This document shows, in pieces, positions 50,201-61,900 of a stretch of 64,000 nt of DNA. Position numbers and translations under genes: made by a program. The first letter of the stretch is position 1. Each line of letters begins with the position of its first letter. The notes under the pieces were generated by a model that saw only the letters and a list, made by a program, of their open reading frames with translations, was not told the DNA's origin and did no database searches. This DNA is from Raillietiella orientalis (lineage: Eukaryota): NCBI GenBank assembly GCA_036172245.1, contig JAYWIR010000004.1, positions 930,001-994,000 of the forward strand. Reading direction: 5' to 3'.

Positions 50201-53200
50201 CTTTCCTTTGTTCCGAATCGTTCTTCTTGCACTGCACCAGCCGCAAAAACTCCTGCAACACAGAAAGTCAAGGACACTCTTTTTCCGTCTGTCCGCTCGG
50301 TGAACAAATGATCGCTGCGTGAGCGAGCGGAAGGGAGGAGCTCCGCGTCTCGATATTATCTGAGCTGAGCTTTCTGGAAAAGACTCCACCGCGGAGGGCA
50401 CTACGAAATCCCTGCAGTTCGTCGGCGTCTGCGCGTGCCCGCAGCGTTTTGACTACCGGAGGGTCTCCGCGTTTCGCGGGAGTGCAGGGAGTGCAGCCAG
50501 CTCCCTTCCTCCACCCTTCCCTCACCCACCCAGCAACAGCAGCGTAGTCCACGAAGTGGAGACAGCACCGATGAAAATGCGACGCTTCTCGCTGAAGAAT
50601 AGTTTCATGCCGCGTGCCACGCACAGCTCCTGGCAGCTATTGCTATCCCACCCGAGCCAACTCCACTTTTCGCTACTCGCACTTTTTGGTTCCTGCCGTA
50701 AACGTGAGGAGTGAAGACGGAGTGCAGGTCGGATTGTAAAAAAAAAGAAAAGACGAAGTTCTAAGAGGATTAGAGTTCGTGGGACATGAGGGAGGATGAG
50801 GGAGCGCAACGCGTTCAGCAACGGGAATAGGTGTGGACCTCTGCACTCACCTCGTGGGACAAATCACCCAGATGTTTCACCTCCCGCGTCTCCGTCTTTT
50901 CTTCCGCCTCCTCCCTCTTGCTCATGGTGCGTTCCCGCTTCTCCGTGAGAATGGACTCGTTGTTGTGAGCAGCGAACCGCCTTTCAGGGGACACGTTCCC
51001 GTTTTGCATGTGCTGGAAAGAGCAAGTCATCAGCAAGTTGAGCTTCCTTCTGAAAGGTCACGGGAATCGCCCCCTTTTTGCGAATCCCATTACCACCGCT
51101 CTGTGGATGAACCAACGCTGTGGAACAACAAGGGGCAATGGATCCAGCGGAGGGGAGCCTACCGATCTAGAGGGCTTGCAGTATTCCTCTTTGGGAAAAG
51201 GGTCAGAACTGTCACGGCAGTTCTCAAGGCAGGAATTTGCTGGAAGAGAAGAGGAGGAAGCTGCCGAGACTTTCTAGAGTCTCGGAAGCTGGACAGCATG
51301 GGAGAGAACAAGTCTCGGAAAATTTTGGTTGCTGAGCCTCAACTTATCTTCGGAGGGAGGCATCTTTTTACATATCGCTCAACTCATCCACGTTCTCAGA
51401 GTGCTTCAAGAGGCCAGATCCCTGTTTCTCCTCTTCGGAGATTCAAAATGGGTGCTGAGAATGCAAGCAGAAAGAACTCGGTGCCAATGAGATAAGGCTG
51501 TGCCTTAGGATGTTGGCACGAGGATGAGAGCAGCGTTTTTTCCCGATGCCGTCTTGAGAGGCCATCTAGGGCCATCGAGCATGCCGCTGGTTAAATGCCA
51601 CCGCCATACCTCGCTCTGTCTCAGTGTCACTCTTGCGCGTTTTTCAACCTTGTACTGCTACCTTTTTCAGGTGAGACTTTGAGTGGCAACGTGACTACGC
51701 TGCCGGTGTGTGCTCCTCGGACTTACTGTCCTCGCTCTGATTTTCCTCGAAGGATGCATCAGCCATTTGGTGATCAAAGCCTTCATTACAGTACGGAGCC
51801 ATTCGACCTCCGCCATCTCACAATCCCTTCACAGATGGCCCACGAAGCAATAAGATAGCAAGATAAGTCCAGAATTCCCACGCAGCACGCACACACAAAC
51901 GGACAAAGGAAGAAGCGTTCCTGCAAGAAAAATTTTCTCATACATCCCAACGTGTCCCCCAACTGTCCACGCTGCTAAACGAGGCAACAGCTATTTGTAT
52001 GTGCCTCTTTCGTAAGAGCTCTTGTTGGTTTGTATTCCACCTCGGCATATTCAGCCTCCTCTTGTGTTTTCGACGTCAGTATTCAGAAGCTGGATCACCC
52101 ACCTCCTCCATCTCCCAATCTTAAATCTGCCTCCCAGCGATCGGCCATCTCTTCATTTCGATGGTGTTTCAGCACGGCATTTACAGATGCAACGACCACC
52201 GGTATGCCAAATATCCAGCTGTTTTCCACAGCCAAGCTCACTGTCGTGCAGTCCTTTTGTGGAAGCGACGCTTCTAGCAATGTATTGGAGCTTCAGGGAT
52301 TCGCTGATTTTTGATTCAAATAAGAAGAGAGTTCAGGTTACTGAACTCTCCAGCTGGTATCAGCGCCAGATATTTGGTCCTTTTAGCGATTTTCCGCTTC
52401 CTTCCGTTCCATCGTACAATCTCGTTATTTTTGTTTTGCCTTTTTCCACGGACAGCAGAATTTTTTACCGGGTTCTGACATTCTACAGTTCGAGATGAAT
52501 TCTGCATGCTTCCTTCTTCCGGTACTTTCGTATCTCACCGCTAGATGGTTCTCAGAAACATCGAGGAATCGAGGAAGAGTCTCTTCCTCCCCAGCTCCGC
52601 TGCGTTGTTGGGTCTCGGGCACGGCTTGTCCCAAAGCTCCGGATTTCCGTGTTTTCTCTTTCCCATCAGATTGCCTTCGTCATCTTACATCACGGGCACG
52701 CTTGGTTTAGGACGTGAACATCCTCATAATCGCTGAGTACGTTTCCTAGATGTGCCCATGAAATCCCCTCTTCCATGAATTCAGAATTTCTTGACTCCTT
52801 CTCACGGGTTTCTGAGCATCTTTTTTTGCGTGTAGATTTTTGCCTGCTTTCCCCTTGGGATGAACTGAGGCATCTCGTTCGTAAGGAGTTCCAAGCACTT
52901 CGCGTTGTTTTCTGCAAGTAATGTCCACATGGGTCTTGTACATTTTTTCTGTGTGTATCAGTGCCCAACAACGAGCCGCGACACTGGAGTGAGTCGGCAG
53001 TCGGATGCCTGATGACCACTTGTGGTGTTTTTCTCCACGGTTAGGCTACGGCCACTCGAAACGTGCGTAAGCAAGTCCAGGAGAGCTCTTACGCTGAAGG
53101 TCTTAAGGTAAAAAACTGAAGTCTTTCAGTCTTCTTAGGAAAGCACTTTGAAACGAGTGTGGCGGAAGAGCAAAGATATCAAACGGCGAGTCGCATTCAG

Positions 53201-53555
53201 CTGATGCAACACGCGCACGCATCCCACAAAGAATTTCCGAGGAAGGAAGACCACAAAAAGGGACACCCTATTAGCGCACGACCTGGTGAACACGAAACTT
53301 GAAAGAGAGGACGGAACACCGGTGTTCACGCTTACGTGCGCGTGTCTGTTCAAAGGTACTTACTTCGGATGCCTCCAGCTCTTCCTTGGTAGTGTCAGTA
53401 ACAATATCAGATGTGATCGTGGGTCCTGAGTCCTGAATTATTTCTCCATCTTCAAGAACAATTTGCCTCTTTACTTTGGTTTCGATCTGCTTCGTAGTTT
53501 TGACCTCAACCCTCTTGTGAGTGAGCCATTCCTCTGAAACAGCAATGGAGGGCAT
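47202..53555 (-). CDS. Uncharacterised ~1134-aa Ser/Lys/Glu-rich, largely disordered protein; 3 coding exons (N-terminus tentatively resembles insect Chascon-like proteins)
   Basis: Exon 1 53555-53364 (MPSIAVSEEWLTHKRVEVKTTKQIETKVKRQIVLEDGEIIQDSGP...; donor GAA|gtaagt). Exon 2 51012-50851 (ttccag|HMQNG...ETREVKHLGDLSHE|gtgagt). Exon 3 50252-47202 (ttgcag|EFLRLVQ..., a 3-kb uninterrupted ORF with EWLDSHFGS, RFYFG and PIPPPRKK motifs). All junctions are phase 0. The family name is from memory and unverified. Confidence 0.8.
47604..47624 (-). repeat. (CAG)7 coding poly-Gln tract
   Basis: ctg x7 on the + strand, translated QQQQQQQ in the large exon. Confidence 0.95.
52400..53350 (-). mobile_element. 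Decayed non-LTR retrotransposon 3' fragment inside intron 1 of the 47202-53555 gene
   Basis: 'ISLLFRHTRFKVLS' (LL.ADD..L.S position, ~53160) and 'TLPRFLDVSENHLAVRYESTGR' (L.RFRLS.H.L.IE.GR; ~52520-52580). Confidence 0.4.
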
Positions 53556-53599
53556 TGTGATGGGATGAACTCACTGAAACTCATCATGACCATTCTCGA

Positions 53600-56100
53600 A
53601 ATTGACTTTACGAGTGTAGGCATTTTCAGGTTTTTTGTTTTTGTCTTTTTCTATTTAGAGAACAAAAGTGTGAAACCCTCCGACAGATCGCAAGAGTCAT
53701 TTCCTCGTGAGACACGCTGTTCACAGAAGTCATGGGAAAAAAATGCTGCTCATATGGAATTATGTGAGATATGGGATTTTCGCGTTTACTGATTAATGAG
53801 CACGCAGTCTTTGGTCAAGGAGGAAATTGCCTGTTGTTTAGATCAGCGAACGACAGAAAGGGAGTCATCCTGCAGTGGCCTTTGGGACTAAGCATCAAGG
53901 TCACCTTTCGTGCGACTCGTTTACGATGATGCAGGCACGCGTTACTGTTAACGGAGCCTGGAAAGGAGGTTAGCTGATAACGAACGTCCACAACTGGTAG
54001 CTGATGGTGCATGCCACGCTTCCTACTAACCAACAAAGCGTCCTCATAGTTTCATCCCGGACAGCCCTGTGATCGTGCCTTTGAAAATAATGAAACCGAG
54101 CAGACCGTCGATTTCTTTAAAACTCGGAGGAACGCACGTCTTCCTCAGAAGAAAAGGAAATTCGGCCTCCGATGATGCGAAATGGAATCTTCTTGATAAC
54201 CCCGAGCGAGGCAGGTTCTCTTGGAATTTCCCTTTTGCTTTCAGTAGCCACCAGAATCCTTTGCTGAGTACCAGGCATCTACCGCGGGATTCTTGCAGCG
54301 GGTGGGACATTCTCGGTGTTTTCGAACGATCGAGCATCTTTCTTACGAGACAAGCTCTGCCCGGATCTGCCTCGAGAGTTCGCGCACACCGACGGGAAGC
54401 TGCATCGGGAACACCGAATGTCCTTGCGCACGGACAGGCTCGCATTCCTTGGACACAAAGAAACTCTGCATCGCGAACGCACGAGTGCACGACGCGTCTT
54501 TTTTCCGAAATCGGGATTTTCTTCGGGCGCTTTTCGACACAATCAAACGATGGCCGAAGTCTCCGCTGACTGGTTGTGCTCGCAAAAAGAGCGCACGGAC
54601 GTTTTCGAATCCACGTCATTGAGAGCCCCGGTCTCCATGGTTGGGATTTTGGGAACACTGCAGACACAACGAGAGGCGGAAAATCATGAAAATCTCCGAG
54701 CCAGAGTCGGATGCCACGACTTCCGTGCTCCTTTTCATCCAACTTCTCTCTGATTAATGATTCCTTGTCTTTCGCTGATGCAATCTCAGGAACTCACTCA
54801 AAACTCATTAATTATCAGACCAATACTTCGTCGCACGAATGAAAAGACCTGCACGCTTTCAAACAAGGTCTTCCTTTCATGATGGGTCGGCCGTTTTGTG
54901 AAGACTTTCAACTGCCCAGGCAGTCAAAGAACAATAAGCTAGAAATTGATGACTTTTGTAGAAATCCAAACGCGTCACCTAGATCTCCGTCGAGCTCAAC
55001 TATCCATGGGATGGCTACGAATGATGTGGATGGTATACACGCCGGAATCCAAGTGAGCTGGATTGCAATTGCCGAATTCGTTCTCCGACACGGCAGACAG
55101 GACATTTGGATCACGGATTTTCCCTCATAGGTCGAAGTCAAGAGACTCTTTAAGGCCGCAGGAGCTTAATCCGTGTCAATTCGTGTATTCTTTTCCTTCT
55201 GTGGAAAACTTTCCGGAACAGTAAGAGGTGTATTCAATGTAAGAGTAAGAGGCAGCGGTGACTGGCGTGCATCTTCGGGGAGGTGAGTCTGTGACCTGAA
55301 ACTTCTCACAAGAGTGTGCCAGCCTTGGGACTGGCTACGGACTCGGTCCCTGCTTGAATTCCGTCACGCTCATGATGTCTTGCGCCTGCTCTTGGTAAGA
55401 CTGCATTCCCGGACAGCCCCCCTGCACATCGCAACATAGTTTCTCCTCTCAGGCACCGCTCTTCTGAATTTTCTAAAAAAGCTACGAGGTCACCGCGCTC
55501 GAACCACGCGAGCCACAGATCCTACACGCCTGTGCAAGCGAATTGGCGAAATCAAGAGGATCCAGACAGTGGCTTCTTAAGCCGAAGGAAATAAAACAAC
55601 CTATGCACCCACTTGTCTCTTCCCCATCTTTGAGAACCACTTAGAATGATTCTCATTGTTTCACAAAATGCCGTCGAGAATTCCAAAGGCAATTAGCGTG
55701 TTTCGCATCAGCCATGTCTGCACGACAGGAATATTTTGTTTGCGGAGAGAAAAAGCTTCGAAAAAATCGATTCAAATCTAATAACCATTCTTCCTCCTTC
55801 CTCTGACATGGATTTTTTTTTTTTTTCCAGCGCCTGTTCCGACGGCAAGAATTAGTTTGCCGTTCACACTCGCATGATCCCTCGTGCCTTTCCTGTGAGG
55901 TTCTGACAAGAGTTCATACTTCTTGCCACAGAACTCCTTCGAGACCAAGCTGGAGAAATCCTTCTGCGCGCAGAGAATAACAAAAACTCTCACACGAATC
56001 CGCGCTTCTTCTTCTGGGCATGTGCCGGCCGACAACGGACTTGCCGTCTTCCGGACACCTTCCGGACTCTTCAGCCACTACGGAGGCTTCGCCTTTCCGG
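53600..56100 (-). mobile_element. Decayed non-LTR retrotransposon relic (ORF1-EN-RT 5' part)
   Basis: ORF1-like 'RIRVRVF...KEFCGKKYELLSE' (55900-56000), 'DFHDFPPL' (SDH.PL, ~54680), 'SKGFWWLLK' (~54250), 'KEIDGLL...TITGLSG' (EI..AI...KAPG.DG, ~54080). Confidence 0.45.
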
Positions 56101-56899
56101 ACCAGCCACCGGACACCTGCACGTTGCATGCAGTGCTTGCATGCCGCAAGTCCACAAGAGCATAGCCTTCCAGCTCTCCAGCCCTGGTTGCAACTCGAGC
56201 CCAACTCGGAAACAACGCGTTTCGAGGAGAGGAACCCGCCTCCGGCTTCGGAGAGCAGTAGTGAGTCCCCGCGTACGCCTGTCTCTCTGCCTTCATCCCC
56301 TCGATGAAATCAGTTCGTTTTCTCTCCCGGACGCACCTCATCGTGGCTCGGGGTACTCGGCTAGCGAAGGACCATCGGGCTCGCTGCTCTGATCCGAAAG
56401 CGGAAACACAATAATAATAATAATCAGCGCGCGAAAAGAGATGCTGTGAATGGGTGAAGAGAAAATGCTTTTTGGTATCAAGAAAGATCCAGAACATCTG
56501 GCAACAGGGACGACCAGCACGTGCGCGCGTGCCCTGAGAAAAGGCGGCAAGGCGTGGCCCCTTTCGCCAGGAATGCTGATCCTACAGCCGAGCGGAACTT
56601 CTCCCGGATACCGCTTGAGTGCGCTGAAAGCAGCTCAGCTGCGGAAGGAGGGGGGGGGGGAGATCGGGGAACGAATAAATCTTGAGAGCTGCGAGGCAGT
56701 CTTGGAGTCGACAAGTGCCTACCCCTTTGGGATGAAGGCCGTAGGCAGGAGGCGTGCGCGTGTCTGCGAAAAGCAGTCTCGTTCAAAGTGCACGGCGGAA
56801 CAATTAACAGCGCTCGAGGTTGGCCAAAGGGAGAGGTCATCCGGCTCTTCACTCACGAAGCCCAAATTCGACGCTGCACCCCACTTCCGGAATCTGGAA

Positions 56900-58550
56900 C
56901 TCGCAACCGGTCCTCTCTTTTTCCTCTTCTCTTCTTTCAGGTTTCTCGGTGGATTGGGGAGGCGGTAAGAAGAGAGCCACCGCCAAGAGAACCAGAGAGC
57001 TCACGTTCGCGGAACTCCTTTCCTATTCGCGCGTTGCTTAGCGACAGAGTAATCGGCGGGAAAGTCAGCCAATCGATCCCAGATTCCCACCAACAAGGGA
57101 AGTGCTGATCGTGACGAAGCCAAACTGCAGTCTCCGGGGAGACTGGAGATGGATCTCGGGGCAAGTCTGCTTCCCTCTCCCCGCTCTCTTCTTCTCGTCC
57201 GAACGCGGGGGAATCGCTCGTGGATTGGTGAGGAAAACAAGGAACGGGTTGCGTGCAAAAGGGACACCTCGAAATGACAGGAGAAAGCCCTCAGGGGAAA
57301 GGAGGCAAGGAGGTGCTCGCGAGAGCCACTCGGCACCTAAATCGTCGCGGAGACGACGAAGAGCGACGGGTCTCTTGCGCACGCCAGCCTTCCGGTCGTA
57401 ACCAGGGATTCCACGGGATCAGCTGCTCGGATCTCAGGGAACTAGCCCTGTCCATCTCGTGACCTTCTTCCTTCTGGATCGGTCTCCCTTCTGCCAGCTC
57501 CAGGAGGAAGAGGAGGATTGTTCCCATGGAGACCGTTTCTAACGGACTTTCCCCTTCGCTGGCTGCTGTCGTTCACTCTGGACGACCTTCACCTACGGTT
57601 GTGGTTTCCGAGGAGAGGAAGCCGCAGCAGGTCAGGAGGAAAGTAGTGGCTTTTCAGGGCCGATGGACCACACGTGGAACAACAGCAAGGAAGGGAAACG
57701 CGGAACGAATGGGGGAGGGGAAGGGAGGGATACGTGGTTGGTTGCGTTCGCTTCCCCCGCCGGGAGGAGCGCCGGGGGCGAAAGTCGCCGCTGGCGCAGT
57801 GGTGCTGGAGACGCTCTCACCTCCGCGGAAACGGAAATTCCGGAGTTCCAAGAGGGAAGGGAAGAGTTGGGGGATGCGGAGATGCAGGGTTTCCGCCACC
57901 GATCTTCCCGCAGCAAGGAGGGCGCTGGCAATCCTCGTTGACCGGCCACTTTCAGTAGGTGGAGCTCTCCTGGCGAAGCGAATATCTTCGAAGTCTCCTC
58001 CTCGATTCGCCCTCCTCCCCCTTTTCGAGGTGGCTCCAGCCCATCTTCCGCGCTCATTAAGTCCCCCGCTCCGAAGCGCAGCAGCAGTGGTTATTTCCTC
58101 GCGCTTCCCAAGCACCTTTCCCTACTCCAGGGGATGCTCCAGTTCCTCCGCCGTGTCAGTTTACTGCCTCCTCCTCTTTCTCCTCCCTTTCCGCGTCGCG
58201 AGACGCTGCTTGTGTTGGAGCAGCGGGGAGAACGCTATTAGAGAACGCAGATTCTCCATAGCGGCGAATCTGTACCAAGAGGAGGAGGAAGAGGAGGCTC
58301 AGCTCGCTCGCCACCGAGGACGAACAGCCGTGTGGACGGAGCCACAATTCCAAAAGCCCCGAAGGCCCCGTCACTTCGCTCTCGCCCATTGGGAGAGATG
58401 ATGGACCGTTGTGCGGCGACGGCGGCATGGAGTCGCCATCGTTCCGTTAGCTTGGAGCCGCCCTCCAACTTCGGTGGGAGCAAAGGGATTTTTCTCCCGA
58501 GTGGTGAAGGCAGGGAGACCACGGAATGTTTTGTGGACCGTAAGTAAAAG
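56900..58550. promoter_or_regulatory. GC/CpG-rich, purine-pyrimidine skewed block; candidate promoter/first-exon region
   Basis: High GC and CpG density with no TE motifs that I could recognise. TCAGTT initiator-like motif at 58156 (+). Lies upstream of the minus-strand 47202-53555 gene. Confidence 0.3.
58398..58539 (+). CDS. Candidate first coding exon of a plus-strand gene continuing beyond this exon (MMDRCAATAAWSRHRSVSLEPPSNFGGSKGIFLPSGEGRETTECFVD)
   Basis: ATG about 240 nt after TCAGTT, with an open frame ending at a consensus donor C|GTAAGT (58540). No homology recognised and no downstream exon found. Confidence 0.25.
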
Positions 58551-58999
58551 AGATCTCTGCGCAAAAAGCACGTGAATGCTGTAGCGAATGTCCAGAGAAA
58601 AGCAGCAGCTCCTCTGTTTCCGACGCGGATGCAGCAAATCTCCATAGAAACCAAAATTTCTCAACCAAAGGTCTATACAGAGGTCAGCTGCAACAGTTCT
58701 GAGTGCCTTGACTTGGCTGCCGCGAAGGGACGCGGTTAATCTGCGAAATGAACCACACATCCGCAATAGATTTCGTTCCCATGAGGTGAAAATTCCCCCT
58801 AATAAATCCGATGGACGTCTGTGACGCGGATTCAGTCTCGGAGATAAGGAGACAAAGATGGCTCTTAGAAGGTACTTGTGTGCTCCCCATTAAAGAGAGA
58901 CATCGTCACAGTTAGCCTTGTTCTGCTGTGTGGTTTTCGGTTTCCATGACTGCTTCGCAACGGCATCATTCCAGAGCTGGAGCGGTTCGAGACAGCTCG

Positions 59000-61900
59000 G
59001 AAAGAGAGAGAGAGAAAGAAAGCAACTGTTTTCAGTCTAGGAGAGCAGTCGCGAACGCAGTTGCATGGGAACCGAGCATTGCCGAATTATGGGTTCCAGT
59101 AGCATCTTTGGCCCCATGCGGAGCCAAGAGAAATGAGCCACTTCCCTGCTGTTAAAATTAATTGCCATGTCAACGCTTTGTGAGCTTTCCGCGTCCCATT
59201 GACAGTATGGTCAGCCATGTAGGCACTGACCACTCACCGAGGGAAACGCATGCTCACTCGTAGTCGCCATGAAAAACAAGAGGGAAGGAAAGAGCCTTGC
59301 AGCTGGAAAATGAGCAAAAAATCAGACGAAATGAGAAAATGAGGAAAAGAATAGGCGCACCAATCAACGACTGCGCGGAGCTGGACCAGGAAAACGCCCA
59401 GTGCAAATTTCATGCGCAACCAACACTGCAATGGAACCATCTAACCAAGTCACCTGATGCCCGTCATCGACCTCTTGAGTGAATCTTTGTTGGGGCGGAG
59501 ATCGGCTTGCGGCACTGTCTTTTAGCGTCCACGCATCGGCGGATCGTTATCGGAGTTTTCACATCATCGAAGCATAGACGCATCCACCCCATCCGGAAAG
59601 AGCCACGCGTTAAAACGAAGAGCTACTCTAGCTGTCTGTTCCTGTAGGACTTCCGGTCGCATGAGATGGATATCATACTGCTGATCCATGGCATCTGTGG
59701 CACCTGTCTTCATCACCTTCGAGTCATCTTCCCCGATGCTGACCAACTTTCTTCACGCCGTAGCACGAGTCTTCGTGAGAGTCACGAAAGCGTTTCCCTT
59801 TTTTTTAAATGCCGCTATCCGTTTGGACAATCGTCAGTGACATGAGAGATCCAAGGATAACGCCCGGGTTAAGGTGATCTCCAACATCCCGCCATCTCTG
59901 TGCTCAAGAAGAGTTTGATTTGATTCTGCCTTCGCTTACGTCCCCTTTTATTCATCTTCCAGCAGTCGCGATCTCAGACAGTTACTAAAACTGGATCGAA
60001 AAAAAGTGCCGTAAGATTAAGAAACGAAGAGTTTAAGCGAATGGTTTGGAATTCCAAAATCAAGTCGAGGTGTGTCTTCTGCCGCATTTTTTTTTTTCAT
60101 TTTATCTCGCCAAAAAGGCACCGCCGATGCGCAGAGAAAAGTTGATAACGGGGTGAAGAGCAGAGACCAGAGGAAATCCAGGCGCCATCCTTCGTAAGCA
60201 CTCTTTGACTGCCAGTGCTCATGAGCCACAGTTCTCAGCTGCTCCTTTCGCATGAATCGCAGCTTCAGAAGTCAAACTTCCCTCCGATAAGCGGAGACTT
60301 GGCAAGTGTTCAAGGGAAGGAAACCTTGAGGGTTCGGATTCAAAAGGAAAATTCTGCAAAACCAAAGATCAACGTCGGAAGCTCCTGTTGCAGTGCATGA
60401 GTGAGGGTTTTCAGGGGCGTAACCTAGAAGTGGAAATTCGAAAAAAAAAAAAAAGCTAGCGGATCCGAGTGGCTAAATCGTCTGTATCCTTCAAAGGGTT
60501 TCCAACCGCAACTGAGAGAGACCTGAGCAAACTCGTGCTGATTCTCGTCGAACACGGAATTCTTTAAGCTGCCGAAACAGAGGCAAAGATGGTGCACTTC
60601 TGAACGACACCCAAGGAGCAGCGCAGACCGCATCCACCCTCGTAGAGCACTGCAGAAAGGAAAATCTCCTGCTTCTGACGAAGAGCACGGATTCGTCTTG
60701 GTGGTAAACATGGATACATGCAAACTTCCTAGCGCAAGTTTTAAAGCAAACACTTCTGGACACGCATAGCGAGCCTTCGGGTAACCATCAATGGAAAGTC
60801 GAGAACTTTCGCTTCAAGTCCAGGAAATCTAGAAGCCACGTGGGTAAAAGGAGCACCAAAGAGAGATTCCTGAATGGCTCCTTCCAAGCGACCGTCAAAC
60901 CCGAAAGAGATGATGCGTCGAAGAAAGTAGAAGAAACCATCGAGTGCTCTTCCCAGACACCTAAAGCGGTCCTTGGCAAAATGCAGTAGCAACTAGGAGG
61001 CGAGAGCTCCGCATTCGCTCGAATTCCTGACGCTGTCCTCGAGTGCTCCTCGACTGGATACGTTAACATTCGACAATTTCCCATATCTCGTCACGCGGGC
61101 GTGACCCACTTTTAATGCCCTCCGAAAGAGTGAAAATTTCCAAAGCTTTCGAAACTGCAATTTGAAGGGGGCCTACCGTGCCTACCTTCGAGAGTGACAA
61201 GCAGCTAAAAGCACCATCTTTTCTGTTTCTTTTTCTCCTTCTTTTTTCTTCTTTTGCTAGACTGCTCGTCTCTCCGCGCACGAAATTTGTTTGCAGCCCA
61301 TTCGTCATTGCTTTCCGTATGAGGTCCACCGATGCTCCGTGGCTTTCGCCACCGCCTGACGGCAAATGCGCGAGCGGATGGGATTTTCTAGGGAGATGAA
61401 CCGAGCGGCGATCGGGATCCCCTCCTCTTCCCCTCCTCCTCGAACTCTTATCCGCAGCCGAGACAAATCCCCGTTGCCGGATCTGCGCGCCTCTCGAACT
61501 TCTTTCGTAGGCACCCAGTTTGGCGATTCCTCTTCTAGGATGGAAGGGAGGTTTTCGCGGGGAGCGTGTTCCCCCAAGATCTCCCTTTGTTCCCCCGTGC
61601 TCTTCCACGCGCATGAGGGAGAATCGAAGGCTGCCTCAGGTGTGCTCGCGGTCTCGCCGTTTCCACCAGGGGACGGATTTGCTAAGCAGCCAGGGCGAAG
61701 AGCCTCCCGGACGCGTGCAGGAACAGAGCAGTGCAACCTCCCGTCAGCACGAAAGGCATGCTGGAGGCGGCGGCGTGCGTTGCGCAATGCCAGAGTTGCG
61801 AGCAGCAGTCCGCGACCGGCATTCCGGTTGAGACGGCCACGGCATGAGTAAGCGGTTCTCCGCGCACACTTGCGGCCGCGCGACGCACGAGCTGTGAGGC

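Noticed and set aside
47034..50303. Several plus-strand ORFs of 100-217 aa (47034-47687, 48657-49196, 49830-50303)
   Set aside because: They are antisense shadows of the 3-kb coding exon with no independent motif support.
57526..58401. 291-aa plus-strand ORF and overlapping minus-strand ORFs
   Set aside because: Arg/Pro/Ser-rich translation typical of GC-rich non-coding DNA, several frames open at once, and no recognisable domain.
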